Source: an uncultured bacterium | GTDB lineage: Bacteria; JAGOEH01 | Direction of reading: 5' to 3' | Assembly: GCA_964632485.1 (NCBI GenBank) | Contig: CAZWDO010000002.1 | Span: forward strand, 186,001 to 250,000 | Length of the DNA: 64,000 bases | Shown: piece after piece, positions 10,923 through 21,519 of the stretch | Numbering within the stretch: the stretch's first letter is position 1 | Layout of the letters: the number at the start of each line of letters is the position of its first letter | The notes under the pieces: generated by a model | What the model was told of the DNA's origin: nothing | Databases searched by the model: none | Seen by the model: only the letters and a program-made list of their open reading frames with translations | Translations under genes and position numbers: made by a program

Positions 10923-12407
10923 TTAGTTAAGATTCATCTGCTGACGGCGTTGCAACGCATTGAGACGGGATTTCAGCTTGTTGCGCACCTTCATGATGGG
11001 ATCGCGGGTAACATCCGTATTATCAGAATGACGGCGATAACGGTAGAGTACCTGATGAACGCGGTCGACATCATATTTTTCTCCGACTTTGAGTACCATA
11101 TCGTAATCTTCGCCAAAATTGCCGAAATTGATTTCATCGTAGAGTCCAAATTCCTCCAACACAACCTTGGAGAAAACACGCAAGGCCCCCGCGCCGTCAA
11201 CCCGTATAATATTGTTGCGATCATCTCCCAGATGCTTAATGATCCCTAATTCCGGTAATGGCGTTTCCTTTACAACCATTAATTCATCATAGGAAATCGC
11301 CAGTCCACATTTGGGATTGTTTTCCATTTGGTCGATCATCGCCTTGAGAGTCTCCGGCGTGTATTCATCGTCGCTATCTAATTGACAGATATATTTGCCC
11401 TTGGCTTGTCGGATGCCGCAATTGAGCGCATCGGCAATACAGCGGCCATTGTTTTGAATCAGTCGGACCCGTGGATCCGCGATCCGGCGCACTTCGTCCT
11501 GTGTACCATCTGTGGACCCGTTATCAACGATGATGACTTCAAAGTCCTGCCAGGTGCCACTCAGTACTTTTTCGACTGCATTTTTAATGTATTTGACACG
11601 GTTGAAAATAGGAATGACGACCGAAGCCAGGTATGCATAAGGTTTAGCCGGATACTTGACTTCCACTGTGGGATGATCGATATAGGCATTTATGCGTTTT
11701 AACTTTTTAACAAATATGGCTTTTACTTCTTCTTCCATCTTTTCCGGATAGAACAGATAAGAGAATTGGCCCAGTCCTTTACCGCCCGGCGAAAACAGTT
11801 TTTTTGAAATATCGTCATCGACCGCGGTAGATTGGGCTTTCAATGCGCGATAAACCGGGCTTACGATATGCCCGATCTGATAACAGTCAGTCAGTTTCAG
11901 CCAGAGATCATATTCTTCCATCACTTCGAGGGATTCGTCATAGTTTTTAATTTCTTTCATGCGTTCCAAATCGTACGCCTTGACGAAACCGAAATCAAAC
12001 CGTTCCTCAATTTGGCCTTCCCAGTCATAGAGTTTAACGATGTTGGACTTGTTGTCCTCAACTAAAAAATAATCCGCATAAACCATGGCAATCTGAGGAT
12101 TGGCAAAGGCTTGAATAATTTTTTCCACAAACGTAAGTTCCGGAATAATGTAGGGCGGAATCGGCATGAAAAACCGTCCGGGAAAATTTTCAATCACGCG
12201 ATTGAATGTTTTAGATCGCGTATCGAGCGCCAATTCTGCCAGGGTAGCCTGGGGACATAATGTCAATTCATCGGCTGTCAATCGATTGGAAAAATCGCCG
12301 ATAACTAACTGAAAATCACCATGGGTTTGATTGGCGAACGCCTGCAATACTTCTCGAACAGGTTGTTCCTTGTCATATACTGGCATGAAAATAGTTAGGG
12401 TAGACAT
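10923..12407 (-). CDS. Glycosyltransferase family 2, two GT-A domains (N-terminal one degenerate)
   Basis: SVVIPIFNR, IIVDNGSTDGT, QLDSDD, EDYDM..YRYRRH. Confidence 0.85.
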   Translation of the reverse strand: MSTLTIFMPVYDKEQPVREVLQAFANQTHGDFQLVIGDFSNRLTADELTLCPQATLAELALDTRSKTFNRVIENFPGRFFMPIPPYIIPELTFVEKIIQAFANPQIAMVYADYFLVEDNKSNIVKLYDWEGQIEERFDFGFVKAYDLERMKEIKNYDESLEVMEEYDLWLKLTDCYQIGHIVSPVYRALKAQSTAVDDDISKKLFSPGGKGLGQFSYLFYPEKMEEEVKAIFVKKLKRINAYIDHPTVEVKYPAKPYAYLASVVIPIFNRVKYIKNAVEKVLSGTWQDFEVIIVDNGSTDGTQDEVRRIADPRVRLIQNNGRCIADALNCGIRQAKGKYICQLDSDDEYTPETLKAMIDQMENNPKCGLAISYDELMVVKETPLPELGIIKHLGDDRNNIIRVDGAGALRVFSKVVLEEFGLYDEINFGNFGEDYDMVLKVGEKYDVDRVHQVLYRYRRHSDNTDVTRDPIMKVRNKLKSRLNALQRRQQMNLN

Positions 12408-12431
12408 GAGACCTCCATCGGGGGTAAAAGG

Positions 12432-13220
12432 TTAAAATTCTAAATTCAACAGTTGCCTGAGCAGTTCGGCATTGGCAACCGCCTGTCCGGCATGGCAATT
12501 GTTGAAAAAAACATAAACTGCGCTACTCTGTTCAATCTGATATTTCAAATCGGGAATAAATGATTTAAGTTCGTTTTCTGAGTATAAATAATCGTATCGA
12601 TCCCCACCTCCGCTATCCCACCAATTGGCCTGGTTGCGGCCATGCAGGCGGAAATAGCTGATATCTGTAGTTTGATGCGCATGATAGGGGAATAGCCCTT
12701 TGAGTTTCGGCGCATCAACGATTACATAACCCAATTGATCATTTTTTAAAAATTCAAGGGTTTGCTTATGATACCACGAAACGTGGCGAAACTCTATAAA
12801 AAGCGGAATGTTATCAAGCGATCGATGTAAGTCGTTGATATATTTAATATTCTTTTCACTATATTTGAAACGATATGGGAACTGGGCCAGATAACCTTTG
12901 AGTTTGCCATTATTCGTCAGAGGATGGACTGCTTGTAAAAATGCGTCGACACTCTTATGTTCCAATTTAAGCTCATGTGAGAACTGTTGGGGAATCTTTA
13001 CCATAAATTGGAATTGGGGGGGTGTTTTAGCTTCAATTTTTTCCATAACGGCCGGATGGGGAATATGATAATAAGTACTGTTTATTTCTACTGTATCGAA
13101 GCGGTCCTGGTAATAATCGAGCATTTTGTTTTTTGGCCAATTGAATGGATAAAAAGGTCCGACCCAATCCTGGAAACTATAACCTGAAGTGCCAATATGT
13201 AATTCAGCAGCCATATCCAT
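12432..13220 (-). CDS. DUF72 family protein
   Basis: IGTSGYS..W.GPFYP, TVEINSTYY, EFRH.SW, YFRLHGRN, YDYLYS, VFFNNC. Confidence 0.92.
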   Translation of the reverse strand: MDMAAELHIGTSGYSFQDWVGPFYPFNWPKNKMLDYYQDRFDTVEINSTYYHIPHPAVMEKIEAKTPPQFQFMVKIPQQFSHELKLEHKSVDAFLQAVHPLTNNGKLKGYLAQFPYRFKYSEKNIKYINDLHRSLDNIPLFIEFRHVSWYHKQTLEFLKNDQLGYVIVDAPKLKGLFPYHAHQTTDISYFRLHGRNQANWWDSGGGDRYDYLYSENELKSFIPDLKYQIEQSSAVYVFFNNCHAGQAVANAELLRQLLNLEF

Positions 13221-13299
13221 CCTTCAAGTGGGAAGATATATTCCTCAAATTAATTCTGGTAAACACGGAATGAAAATATAAAAAAAAAAAAGAATAAAG

Positions 13300-14412
13300 T
13301 CAAGTCTTAGTTGATAATAGTTGTCGATAAAGTTGCAGGTTATTTTCAATTGTAGTGGATATATCGAATTTTTCGGTGGAACTCCGGGCATTTCCGGATA
13401 TTTTTTGTCGTTTTTTAGGATTGCGGATCAATTCCAGGAGCGCTTCAGCTAATTTTCGAGGGTTTTGGGCCGGGGTCAGGCAACCGTTTTCATCATGGGT
13501 AATCATTTCGGGAATACCGCCGCCCCGGCAGGCAACAACTGGCAATCCCAGAGCCAGGGCATCAAGAACAGCCGTACCTAATCCCTCTTTTTTGGAACTG
13601 AGCGCAAAAATATCGAGGCATTTGAGAATGCTGCCGGGTTGAACAACGTGGCCCAGTAAAAAAAAAGAGCGCTGTAAACCCAATTGGACAATCATTTTTT
13701 CAATTACAGGCCGTTCAGCGCCTTCCCCCATAGCAATAAATCGGGTCTCCGGTACCTGGTCGATCACGAACCGCGCCGCGCGGATCAGGGTCGGATAGTC
13801 CTTATGGCCCGTCAATGCGGCTATCGTCCCAATGATCAATCCTCCAGCCTGCCAGCCAATTCGCTCGGCCAATTCAGTATCGGGAATTTCCGTATCAAAA
13901 CGATGTCGATCAATCCCACTATAAATAGTAATCAGTTTTTCCTCCGGGATACCATCTTTCATTAATACATCTTGTATGGTTCGCGAAATGCAGACAATGC
14001 GGTCCAGCCGGTCAGACCGGTACTTATAAAAGCTTATCCTATTGCGTTGGATTGAGAAATCCACTCGGCGGCTGGCGATTAATTTCAATGTTGGATAAAA
14101 AAGTTTGGCTAACAAACCGATTGTTACGGCATGCCCAGTATGCAGATGCAGGATGGAAACCCCATAATATCGACTGTAGCGGGCGATTTGTCGGGCCAAA
14201 ATCAGATCGGTTTCTCCGCGGTATTGAAATTCCCGGTAAGGGAGACCGTTAAGTCGGCATTGGGCAACCAGGGGCGAATCAATAGGAGCCCAGAGTTCAC
14301 TTCGAATGCGGCGCCGGCATAATCCTTCATGAAGATAAAAAACCTGCTGCTGACCGCCGCGCCATTCGCGGCCGGTATCTATATGGATGATTTTAAGTGG
14401 TTTTTTTCCCAT
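13300..14412 (-). CDS. Glycosyltransferase family 4
   Basis: HIDTGREWRGGQQQV, EGLGTAVLDALALGLPVVA..GGIPE; start set at the internal Met (MGKK) overlapping the upstream gene end. Confidence 0.88.
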   Translation of the reverse strand: MGKKPLKIIHIDTGREWRGGQQQVFYLHEGLCRRRIRSELWAPIDSPLVAQCRLNGLPYREFQYRGETDLILARQIARYSRYYGVSILHLHTGHAVTIGLLAKLFYPTLKLIASRRVDFSIQRNRISFYKYRSDRLDRIVCISRTIQDVLMKDGIPEEKLITIYSGIDRHRFDTEIPDTELAERIGWQAGGLIIGTIAALTGHKDYPTLIRAARFVIDQVPETRFIAMGEGAERPVIEKMIVQLGLQRSFFLLGHVVQPGSILKCLDIFALSSKKEGLGTAVLDALALGLPVVACRGGGIPEMITHDENGCLTPAQNPRKLAEALLELIRNPKKRQKISGNARSSTEKFDISTTIENNLQLYRQLLSTKT

Positions 14413-15140
14413 AATTTCAAGTATTTTAAGGACACTCCCCAGGAAGATAGTAATGCTAATATCAACCCGCTCCGACCATCGAGAAATCCCCGTTTTAATA
14501 TGAACATTTTTAAAAACTTGGCGATTCCGTGACAAAGAGCCCGGATGATCGAAATGGTTTTTCCGTTTTGATATAGCTCCTCCGCGCCCAGCGAGCTATA
14601 AAGGTTGATTTTTTGCCAATGACGGCAAATCGTTGCATAGGGATAATGAAAAAGTGGCTCCGGTATTGTGCCAATTTTTTCCCGGGTCACTATATGTTCA
14701 TGGACTAATTTTGCATTGAATTTTGCATACGCACGATGAAATAAACGCAGTGTAAAATCGTTTTGCCAACCCGAATACCGAATCAACCGTCCCAAGTAAA
14801 AAGAGCGTCGGTGGATACGCCAGGCGCGGAATACAGGATTCCCGGCAAAAATTTTTGTTAATCTCTCTGCCAATTCCGGAGAAAGGGTTTCATCGGCATC
14901 CAATACCAACACCCAGTCATGAGTGGCTAAATCGACTGCCGCTTGTTTAGTCGAAGCAAATCCCCGCCAGGGCAGTTGCTCTAAACGAGCTCCTTTTTTC
15001 CGCGCTATATCTATTGTATCATCCTGAGAACCCGTGTCCACTACTAATCGTTCCACATTTTGGGGACAGGAATCCAGACAACGTCCAATGTTTTCGGTTT
15101 CATCTCTGGCAACAATCACAATTGTATAAAGTGTCATCAA
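14379..15140 (-). CDS. Glycosyltransferase family 2 (KdtX/WaaE-like LPS glucosyltransferase)
   Basis: VVDTGSQDDT, WRGFASTKQ, LDADE, VHE, GFLDG. Confidence 0.88.
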   Translation of the reverse strand: MMTLYTIVIVARDETENIGRCLDSCPQNVERLVVDTGSQDDTIDIARKKGARLEQLPWRGFASTKQAAVDLATHDWVLVLDADETLSPELAERLTKIFAGNPVFRAWRIHRRSFYLGRLIRYSGWQNDFTLRLFHRAYAKFNAKLVHEHIVTREKIGTIPEPLFHYPYATICRHWQKINLYSSLGAEELYQNGKTISIIRALCHGIAKFLKMFILKRGFLDGRSGLILALLSSWGVSLKYLKLWEKNHLKSSI

Positions 15141-15158
15141 TTTCCCTGTTTTAATGCC

Positions 15159-15228
15159 AATATAATTCTCCCAGCAGTAAAAGTCAAGTCAATTTTGACT
15201 TGCTTTTTAAACATTAAGGTGTTAAATT
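15159..15228. promoter_or_regulatory. Divergent sigma70-type promoter pair
   Basis: Minus strand TTGACT(15187-15182)-N17-TATATT; plus strand TTGCTT(15200)-N17-TAAATT. Confidence 0.5.
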
Positions 15229-15261
15229 AGGGCAATTCTAACCCGGTAAAGGAATAACTAT

Positions 15262-16209
15262 ATGCGTATTAGCGCCTTTTCATTTGTTAGAAATGGGGTA
15301 AGTCTTTACTATCCGGTAACAGAAATGATCTGTTCCGCGCTTCCCATTGTCGATGAATTTGTGATTGCCGTAGGGATGGGAACTGATGATGATACAACGC
15401 GCGCCGAAATCGAAGCGATCGGGGATCCGAAAATCAAGATTATCGATACGCTCTGGGATGAAAAGTATTGTGTGCATGGCGCGATAAACGCTATCCAAAC
15501 CGATATTGCCAAAGAGGCATGTAGCGGCGACTGGCTGTTTTATCTGCAGGCTGATGAAGTGGTTCATGAAAAGTTTCTGCCGGTGATCCTGAGTCGTTGT
15601 GAGCAATTGCTGGACCGGCCGGAAGTAGAAGGACTATTGTTTCGCTATAAGCATTTTTGGGGGGATTACAATCATTACCATATCTCGCACGGATGGTACC
15701 CGAATGAAATCCGGATTGTTCGCAATCGGCCCGATATCCATTCCTGGCAAGACGCTCAATCGTTCCGGCGCTTCGATCATTACGAGCATCCCCGACAACC
15801 CGAAGGCCATCATAAACTTAAAGTTGCCCATGTCGATGCGGATATTTATCATTACGGCTGGGTGCGACCTCCGCATCTGATGCAGAATAAAAGCCGGGCC
15901 CTCAATTCTCTCTATTGGGGACGGCAACGCGCTCAGGAATTTTATGCCAATGCTCCCAAGGAATTCGATTACGGTCCGCTTGATCGCTTGGCTTGTTTTA
16001 TAGATACGCATCCGGGCGTTATGCGTAATATGATCGAGGCTTTTGACTGGGGCGATAAACTGCAATATTCCGGCCAACCCAATCCCTATCGGGCTCCTCA
16101 TAAACATGAGCGCTTCAAATATCGGGTTTTATCATGGATCGAGCAAAAATTACTCGGTGGTCGACAAATTGGCGGTTTCAAAAATTATATTCTCTTGAAC
16201 GGTGTGTGA
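15262..16209 (+). CDS. Glycosyltransferase family 2-like protein
   Basis: FSFVRNG..LYYP, WLFYLQADEV, YKHFWG, IYHYGWVRPP. Confidence 0.8.
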   Translation: MRISAFSFVRNGVSLYYPVTEMICSALPIVDEFVIAVGMGTDDDTTRAEIEAIGDPKIKIIDTLWDEKYCVHGAINAIQTDIAKEACSGDWLFYLQADEVVHEKFLPVILSRCEQLLDRPEVEGLLFRYKHFWGDYNHYHISHGWYPNEIRIVRNRPDIHSWQDAQSFRRFDHYEHPRQPEGHHKLKVAHVDADIYHYGWVRPPHLMQNKSRALNSLYWGRQRAQEFYANAPKEFDYGPLDRLACFIDTHPGVMRNMIEAFDWGDKLQYSGQPNPYRAPHKHERFKYRVLSWIEQKLLGGRQIGGFKNYILLNGV

Positions 16210-16223
16210 ACGATCATCTATTC

Positions 16224-16328
16224 GTGGATTCCGGGTTAAACCCGGAATGACGGAGGGGGCGCGTCATGCCGGATATCTCTTCAGAGCGGCAATCTTTAGG
16301 CCGCTGTCTTTTTTTTTGCTGGAATGAC
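16224..16328. repeat. REP/RPE-like palindromes around a terminator-like hairpin between convergent genes
   Basis: GTGGATTCCGGGTTAAACCCGGAATGAC (16224-16251), GTCATGCCGGA (16263-16273), AGCGGC..GCCGCT plus T-run (16285-16317), CTGGAATGAC; same family as 51541-51727 and 54477-54549. Confidence 0.65.
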
Positions 16329-16349
16329 GGGATATGGGTCGCGAAATTA

Positions 16350-17054
16350 TCAAAAAATCCCGAGGGCATGCTGATAGGCCTCGGGTGTATCAATATCAAT
16401 CCAGTAGTCATCTTCGCCGATGGCCAGGGCTTCTATGCGGTTACGCTTGATCAATCCTTCGACTGCCGCGCTGATCGATTCCTTGCCCAGCGACAGTTGT
16501 TCGCGCATTGCGGTATAAAATTCCGGAGTTAAACGGAAGATACCGCAATCCACCGCATTATAGTCGGCGATTGTTTTCCCGATTTGGGAAATGCGCCGTT
16601 GATCGTCCACCCATGCTTTGGTGGCGTCATCGATATCGAAAATGCGGTCAATACGCGGATCGACCAGCAGCAAGTTCGTGGACCGAGGGTCCCGGACCAT
16701 CGACTTGAGGGCATTGACCGACACGACATGATCCGACATTGAAAGAATAAAGGTTTCGGTCCCGGTTTCGATGGCTGCGGCCAGAACCGATATACCATTT
16801 CCCTTTTGCCACTCCGAATTTTCCACTATTCGGATATCGAGACCGAAATAGTCATTCTGCTGCAAGTACTCGCTGATTTCTTGCGAACGATAGCCGACTA
16901 CGATGGCAAACTCCCCGATACCCGCCAGATTCAGGTTGTTGATAATGGTCGAAAGAATGGTTTGTTCACCGAACGGCATCAGGGTTTTGGGCATTTCATT
17001 GGATTTTCCCCATAAGCGGCTGCCCATTCCCGCCGCCACAATTACTGCTTTCAT
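16350..17054 (-). CDS. CTP-dependent nucleotidyltransferase (LicC / inositol-1-phosphate cytidylyltransferase-like)
   Basis: AVIVAAGMGSRL..PKTL, LSMSDH, DCGIF, WIDIDTPE. Confidence 0.8.
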   Translation of the reverse strand: MKAVIVAAGMGSRLWGKSNEMPKTLMPFGEQTILSTIINNLNLAGIGEFAIVVGYRSQEISEYLQQNDYFGLDIRIVENSEWQKGNGISVLAAAIETGTETFILSMSDHVVSVNALKSMVRDPRSTNLLLVDPRIDRIFDIDDATKAWVDDQRRISQIGKTIADYNAVDCGIFRLTPEFYTAMREQLSLGKESISAAVEGLIKRNRIEALAIGEDDYWIDIDTPEAYQHALGIF

Positions 17055-17071
17055 ATTGTAACTCCTGAAGG

Positions 17072-18187
17072 TTATCTACGTTTCTTATATACATTGAGAG
17101 TGCGCTCGGCGGCGCGTTCCCAGGTAAAGTCTGTGGCGCGTTTCATTCCCCGAGCGCTTAAATCGGAGCGCGCAGTTGAATCATTGAGCAGTCTTAAGAT
17201 GGTTAGCGCAAAACCCTCGATATCCCGGGGCGGATGCAGGATCGCCGCATTGCCAGTGACTTCCGGAATTGATGTGGCGTCGGCGGCAACCACCGGACAA
17301 CCGGATTTCATGGCTTCCAATACAGGCATTCCATAACCTTCGTATAATGACGGGAAAAAAAAGAGATCCGCGGCATTGTAATACTTTGCCAATTGGTTTT
17401 CTTCCAGGTTGCCATAATATGCAACATTTTCCGTTAAGGACAATTCAGAAACCCATGAACGGGTTTCAGGCCGTTTTCCCCCAATGCGGATCAGTAAAAT
17501 ATTCGGTAATGCCTGACGCACCTTTTTGATCGCTTCCAACAAGGTCCGAGGATTTTTTCGCGGCGCTTCGGTGCCGACATGCAACACAATCGGGCGATTG
17601 CAGGGCAGACCTAACTCCCGTCGGCAAACTTCCGGGTTCCGGGGATGGAAGACCGAATCGATTCCATGGTGGATAACATCGGTTCGTTTTTCATCGTAAT
17701 CGAAGCGTTTCATGAAATCGCTCTTGGTGAATTCCGATATAAAAATAATAAATGATGCCCGCTGCATGGCCAGTATCTGTTTTTTTCGGTAATGTTCGGA
17801 AAATCGGTTATGGTTGCCAAAAAATTGAAAAGGCATGATATCATGGCAGGTAATAACCGCAGGAGAAACATGAGCGACGCTCTTTCCCATCATTTGGCTG
17901 GATATGTGATACAAGTCATATCCGGCAGGTATGCGGCGCGGGAAATAATACCAGGAGAGCATATCGTAGGTTTTGCCGAACGTTTTACCGCGCAAGCCGA
18001 AAGGCCGGTATTGGCAATTGTGGGGGGGGGCCTCTTGTTTACTGGATTTGATATTCTGATCCAATCGGGAGAATTCAAATTCCTGGGGAGAGAGTTGTTG
18101 TAACGATTGATAAAGATTGAAAAAATATTTACCGATTCCGGTTTTTTTATGATGATCGTTGACCATTAGTATTTTTTTATTTGCCAT
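17072..18187 (-). CDS. Glycosyltransferase family 4
   Basis: ITCHDI, ISEFTK, PRKN, FPSLYEGYGMPVLEAM.SGCPVV..SIPEV. Confidence 0.92.
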   Translation of the reverse strand: MANKKILMVNDHHKKTGIGKYFFNLYQSLQQLSPQEFEFSRLDQNIKSSKQEAPPHNCQYRPFGLRGKTFGKTYDMLSWYYFPRRIPAGYDLYHISSQMMGKSVAHVSPAVITCHDIMPFQFFGNHNRFSEHYRKKQILAMQRASFIIFISEFTKSDFMKRFDYDEKRTDVIHHGIDSVFHPRNPEVCRRELGLPCNRPIVLHVGTEAPRKNPRTLLEAIKKVRQALPNILLIRIGGKRPETRSWVSELSLTENVAYYGNLEENQLAKYYNAADLFFFPSLYEGYGMPVLEAMKSGCPVVAADATSIPEVTGNAAILHPPRDIEGFALTILRLLNDSTARSDLSARGMKRATDFTWERAAERTLNVYKKRR

Positions 18188-18358
18188 ACAATCGGTTGAC
18201 TTTCTTTAGTTGGCGGTGGGCTTGAATAAAAAGTAAAAGATTAATGGCCGTTCAAGAGCGCTTGAATGCTTTTTAGATTTCTAATCAACTTTGTTGCGAT
18301 AGTTGAGATAGGAAAACCATTGCTGCTGAACTGGCATTTGTGGATCGGTAACGAAATT

Positions 18359-19408
18359 TTAGCTGATCGAACGGATGAAGTTAACAGCGCGTTCTACGGA
18401 TTTCCCATCGTTGAAATAGAAACAATTGTCCAGCAATTTTCGATATCTATCATGAAACGTCTTGTCGGCAAGGGATGCTTCCACTAGTCGGTCGATCTCC
18501 TGCGTTCCGTCGTAGATTCGGGCATAGTTCATGATATTCATGCCGTCCGGCATGTGGTGCAAATCGTCGAAATCGTTGACGGCGACAATGATGGGCTGGT
18601 TGGTAATCAGGTATTCATAGAGGATTGACGAGGTGTCACTGATCATCAAATCCGAAACCCGGAAATCGTTCATAGTATCGGCCGCGCCGAGGGCGATGGG
18701 ATTGGAGAAGTAGATGTGATGGATGCGGTTTTGGGAGGCCCATTTGGCAATTTTGGGAATATGGGCGCGATCATGGTGATGGGGTCGGATAATAAGGTTG
18801 TATTCGAGGGTGAGGGTCCGCGCGAAATGATAGACATAGCGCTGCAGGGTGCCGTTGCCCCATTGCCAGGTGGGTGCGTACAGGATGTTCCGCCGCGTCC
18901 GATCGACAATGCCTAAACGATCAAGTTCCCGCTCGCGGTCGATTTTTCCATTGATATAATCATCAAAACGGGGATTGCCGATTTTAATTAGTTTATGATC
19001 CGGAATGTTCATGCCCACGTCCCTGAGTTTTTCCAAATGTTTGGGACCGGAAAGGAAATGATAGTCGTAGCTTTTAAGCAATTCGGCGTTCGGGCCATAT
19101 TTTTTATCGCCGGTACCGTGGCCGACGAAGATAGTGCGGCAGTTTTGCGGCTGACCGTGGATCGGCGCTGTGGACATAGAGATCACCACGCCTTTGAGAC
19201 GGTGGACTCGGCTGACGGCGACAAAGCGGGTGGGGGGAGTGTTCTGCCAGGTCCGGATGCCCGGATCAAAATTGGTATCCTTCAGATGCCGTTTGAACTG
19301 AAAAAATCGTTTGAGTGATTTGAGGATGAAATGCCCCCCCATAGAGTGGTAGATCGGCAGAGCATAGGAATACTGGTATATCTGATTAGCAAAATAATAT
19401 AAATTCAT
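18359..19408 (-). CDS. CDP-glycerol:glycerophosphate transferase family (TagB/TagF-like)
   Basis: GHGT..K, GNPRFD, ILYAPTW, IRPHH, SDLMISDTSS..YEY. Confidence 0.85.
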   Translation of the reverse strand: MNLYYFANQIYQYSYALPIYHSMGGHFILKSLKRFFQFKRHLKDTNFDPGIRTWQNTPPTRFVAVSRVHRLKGVVISMSTAPIHGQPQNCRTIFVGHGTGDKKYGPNAELLKSYDYHFLSGPKHLEKLRDVGMNIPDHKLIKIGNPRFDDYINGKIDRERELDRLGIVDRTRRNILYAPTWQWGNGTLQRYVYHFARTLTLEYNLIIRPHHHDRAHIPKIAKWASQNRIHHIYFSNPIALGAADTMNDFRVSDLMISDTSSILYEYLITNQPIIVAVNDFDDLHHMPDGMNIMNYARIYDGTQEIDRLVEASLADKTFHDRYRKLLDNCFYFNDGKSVERAVNFIRSIS

Positions 19409-20487
19409 TTGACTAACTCGTCGATTTTAGCTTTAACCGCCTGGCTGGCTGCGCCGTCCAGGCCGGTGAAGAAATAGCGCCGGTATTCGTTCAGTTTTTC
19501 TTGCATGGCGGAAGTGGGATTAAGCGCCAGTTCCACAGCATCGGGTAATTCCTCTGGCGATGAAATATGCGGATACGCGCCCCGGAGCCATTCCTTAGGA
19601 TCAATTGAAAGAATTGGCATCCCGTCGCTATGGGTTAAATGCGAGTAGGGTAGTTCATAGATGATGCCGATTTTCCCTAAGGCTAAAAACTCGTTAATGA
19701 CGCTTGATGTGTCGCTGATTAATGTGTCGGCGAGATAAAGATAGGGATAAATATCAAAATCCTCTTTCCCGATCAGGAATATTTCCTGATGTCTTTTCGC
19801 GAGTTTCTCATAAAATCGATGCTGGGAATGTGGCGCATATTTACCACTCCAACTGTAGGGATGCAGTTTGATGATCAGGTTGTAGCGGGGGATCAGGTCG
19901 ATCACTTTCCTCTGGATATATTCAATGCAACTGGGGCGGTATGACGGCGCAAAAAGAACGGTTTTTTTCGCGGGATCCAGTTTTAGCTTCCGCATTAAAT
20001 CTGCGTTATTGTAGTAGTTTTCCCAGAAAAAAGGGTCAAGCTTGGGTATCCCGGTAATATAAAAGTCTGCTTTCTCTTCCCACCCCAGACTTTTAATATA
20101 ATCATACCAGTACTGGCCTTCGAGGAAGACGTGATACCAGTATTTTTCCTGTTTGACAATATTTCGAATACGCAGAGTTTTGATCCCCACGCCATGATCC
20201 AAATGTACCCGTAAGAGATCGCCATAGCGTTCGGGATGCTTCAAGGCATCACCGCAAACAACTACATCATATCCCCTGGTTTCATCGGTAACTTTGTAGC
20301 CCCTGGCTTCAAAATCCGCGCGGATTCGTTTTTTTTGAGAAACAAGAAACAATCCCAAAAACCGGGTTTGATCATCGCCAATATTTAAATAAATATCGTA
20401 GGTGGGATCTATTGCCAATTGCTGATAAAGAGGGAATAGTGAATTGAAATAGTATTCTTTTTTAAGATCAAAGAGGACTTTTATCAT
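19405..20487 (-). CDS. CDP-glycerol:glycerophosphate transferase family (TagB/TagF-like)
   Basis: DHGVGIK, TGIPKLD, VLFAPSY, IKLHP, ADTLISDTSS..NEF. Confidence 0.85.
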   Translation of the reverse strand: MIKVLFDLKKEYYFNSLFPLYQQLAIDPTYDIYLNIGDDQTRFLGLFLVSQKKRIRADFEARGYKVTDETRGYDVVVCGDALKHPERYGDLLRVHLDHGVGIKTLRIRNIVKQEKYWYHVFLEGQYWYDYIKSLGWEEKADFYITGIPKLDPFFWENYYNNADLMRKLKLDPAKKTVLFAPSYRPSCIEYIQRKVIDLIPRYNLIIKLHPYSWSGKYAPHSQHRFYEKLAKRHQEIFLIGKEDFDIYPYLYLADTLISDTSSVINEFLALGKIGIIYELPYSHLTHSDGMPILSIDPKEWLRGAYPHISSPEELPDAVELALNPTSAMQEKLNEYRRYFFTGLDGAASQAVKAKIDELVK

Positions 20488-21517
20488 AGCCTTCCTTTTT
20501 TTGGAGAGGTAATATTTTGAAATAGTTCATTACTGCATTGAAAACCATTTCCGGTCCGATTAGTTTCATACATTGATGGTGTCCACGGGGGCAGGTTTTC
20601 CCACCATGGGTTCCGCAAGGGCGGCAGGGCAGATCCACTTCCATGATCCGGTCATGGGCTCTGAAGGGATAAAATCCCAATTCCTTAACAGTGGGTCCGA
20701 AGATGGCGATTAAATCTGTTTGGACCGCATTGGCAATATGGAGTGGCGCGCTGTCGTTGGTAATCAATAAATCCAGTTTCTGTATCAATGCGGCCGACTC
20801 GAGAACCGATAATGTCCCGGCAACAGAGATAGCGCCGGTCCGGTTCGCAATGGCTTCACATAGCGTCTGGTCGTCATTTCCGCCAATCAGAACAATGCGG
20901 TTTCCTTTTTGAATCAGCATTTCGCACAATTTTATAAAATATTCCCGAGGCCAACGTTTAGTAAACCAGATCGAACCGGGAGCCATTCCAATCAGCGGCT
21001 CTCGGGCTAAGGCTAAAGATGAAGAGATATTTACCGATTTCTGCTCCTCCCGTTCCGTCCAGTATAATTCCGTTTGTATATCCATGGTTAGTGACGATAA
21101 AGGCTCTAATAAACGCAATATTTTTTGGATTTTATGTAACCCCGGGGTATGGGGAACCGTGAGCGTTAAAAATTTCTGCCGACTGAATCCCAGTCGCTGC
21201 GGGATTCCGCTCAGATACAGGAGCAGAGCGGAGGTAACTGAACTCTGAATCGATATTCCCAAGTCGTAGTTTCGTTTTCTGATTTCCATCACCAATTGAG
21301 TAAATGAGGCGAACTTTTTAAAACTCCTCTTTTTATCAAACACCAGTATTTCTCGTATGTATGGATTATGCTCGAATACGATGCGGGTTTCGGGAGTAGT
21401 CAGAATATCGATCGCGGCATCCGGAAAAATCCGGTTCAACCCCCGGATGAGGGGAGTGCTGAGTATTACATCTCCTAAAAAGGCGGTTTGAAGCGCTAAA
21501 ATGTTTTGACCATTCAT
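20468..21517 (-). CDS. waaF: LPS heptosyltransferase II-like (GT9)
   Basis: TAFLGDVILSTP, APGSIWFTKRWP, TNDSAPLHIA, IFGPT, CRPC..C. Confidence 0.85.
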   Translation of the reverse strand: MNGQNILALQTAFLGDVILSTPLIRGLNRIFPDAAIDILTTPETRIVFEHNPYIREILVFDKKRSFKKFASFTQLVMEIRKRNYDLGISIQSSVTSALLLYLSGIPQRLGFSRQKFLTLTVPHTPGLHKIQKILRLLEPLSSLTMDIQTELYWTEREEQKSVNISSSLALAREPLIGMAPGSIWFTKRWPREYFIKLCEMLIQKGNRIVLIGGNDDQTLCEAIANRTGAISVAGTLSVLESAALIQKLDLLITNDSAPLHIANAVQTDLIAIFGPTVKELGFYPFRAHDRIMEVDLPCRPCGTHGGKTCPRGHHQCMKLIGPEMVFNAVMNYFKILPLQKKEGYDKSPL

Positions 21518-21519
21518 AT

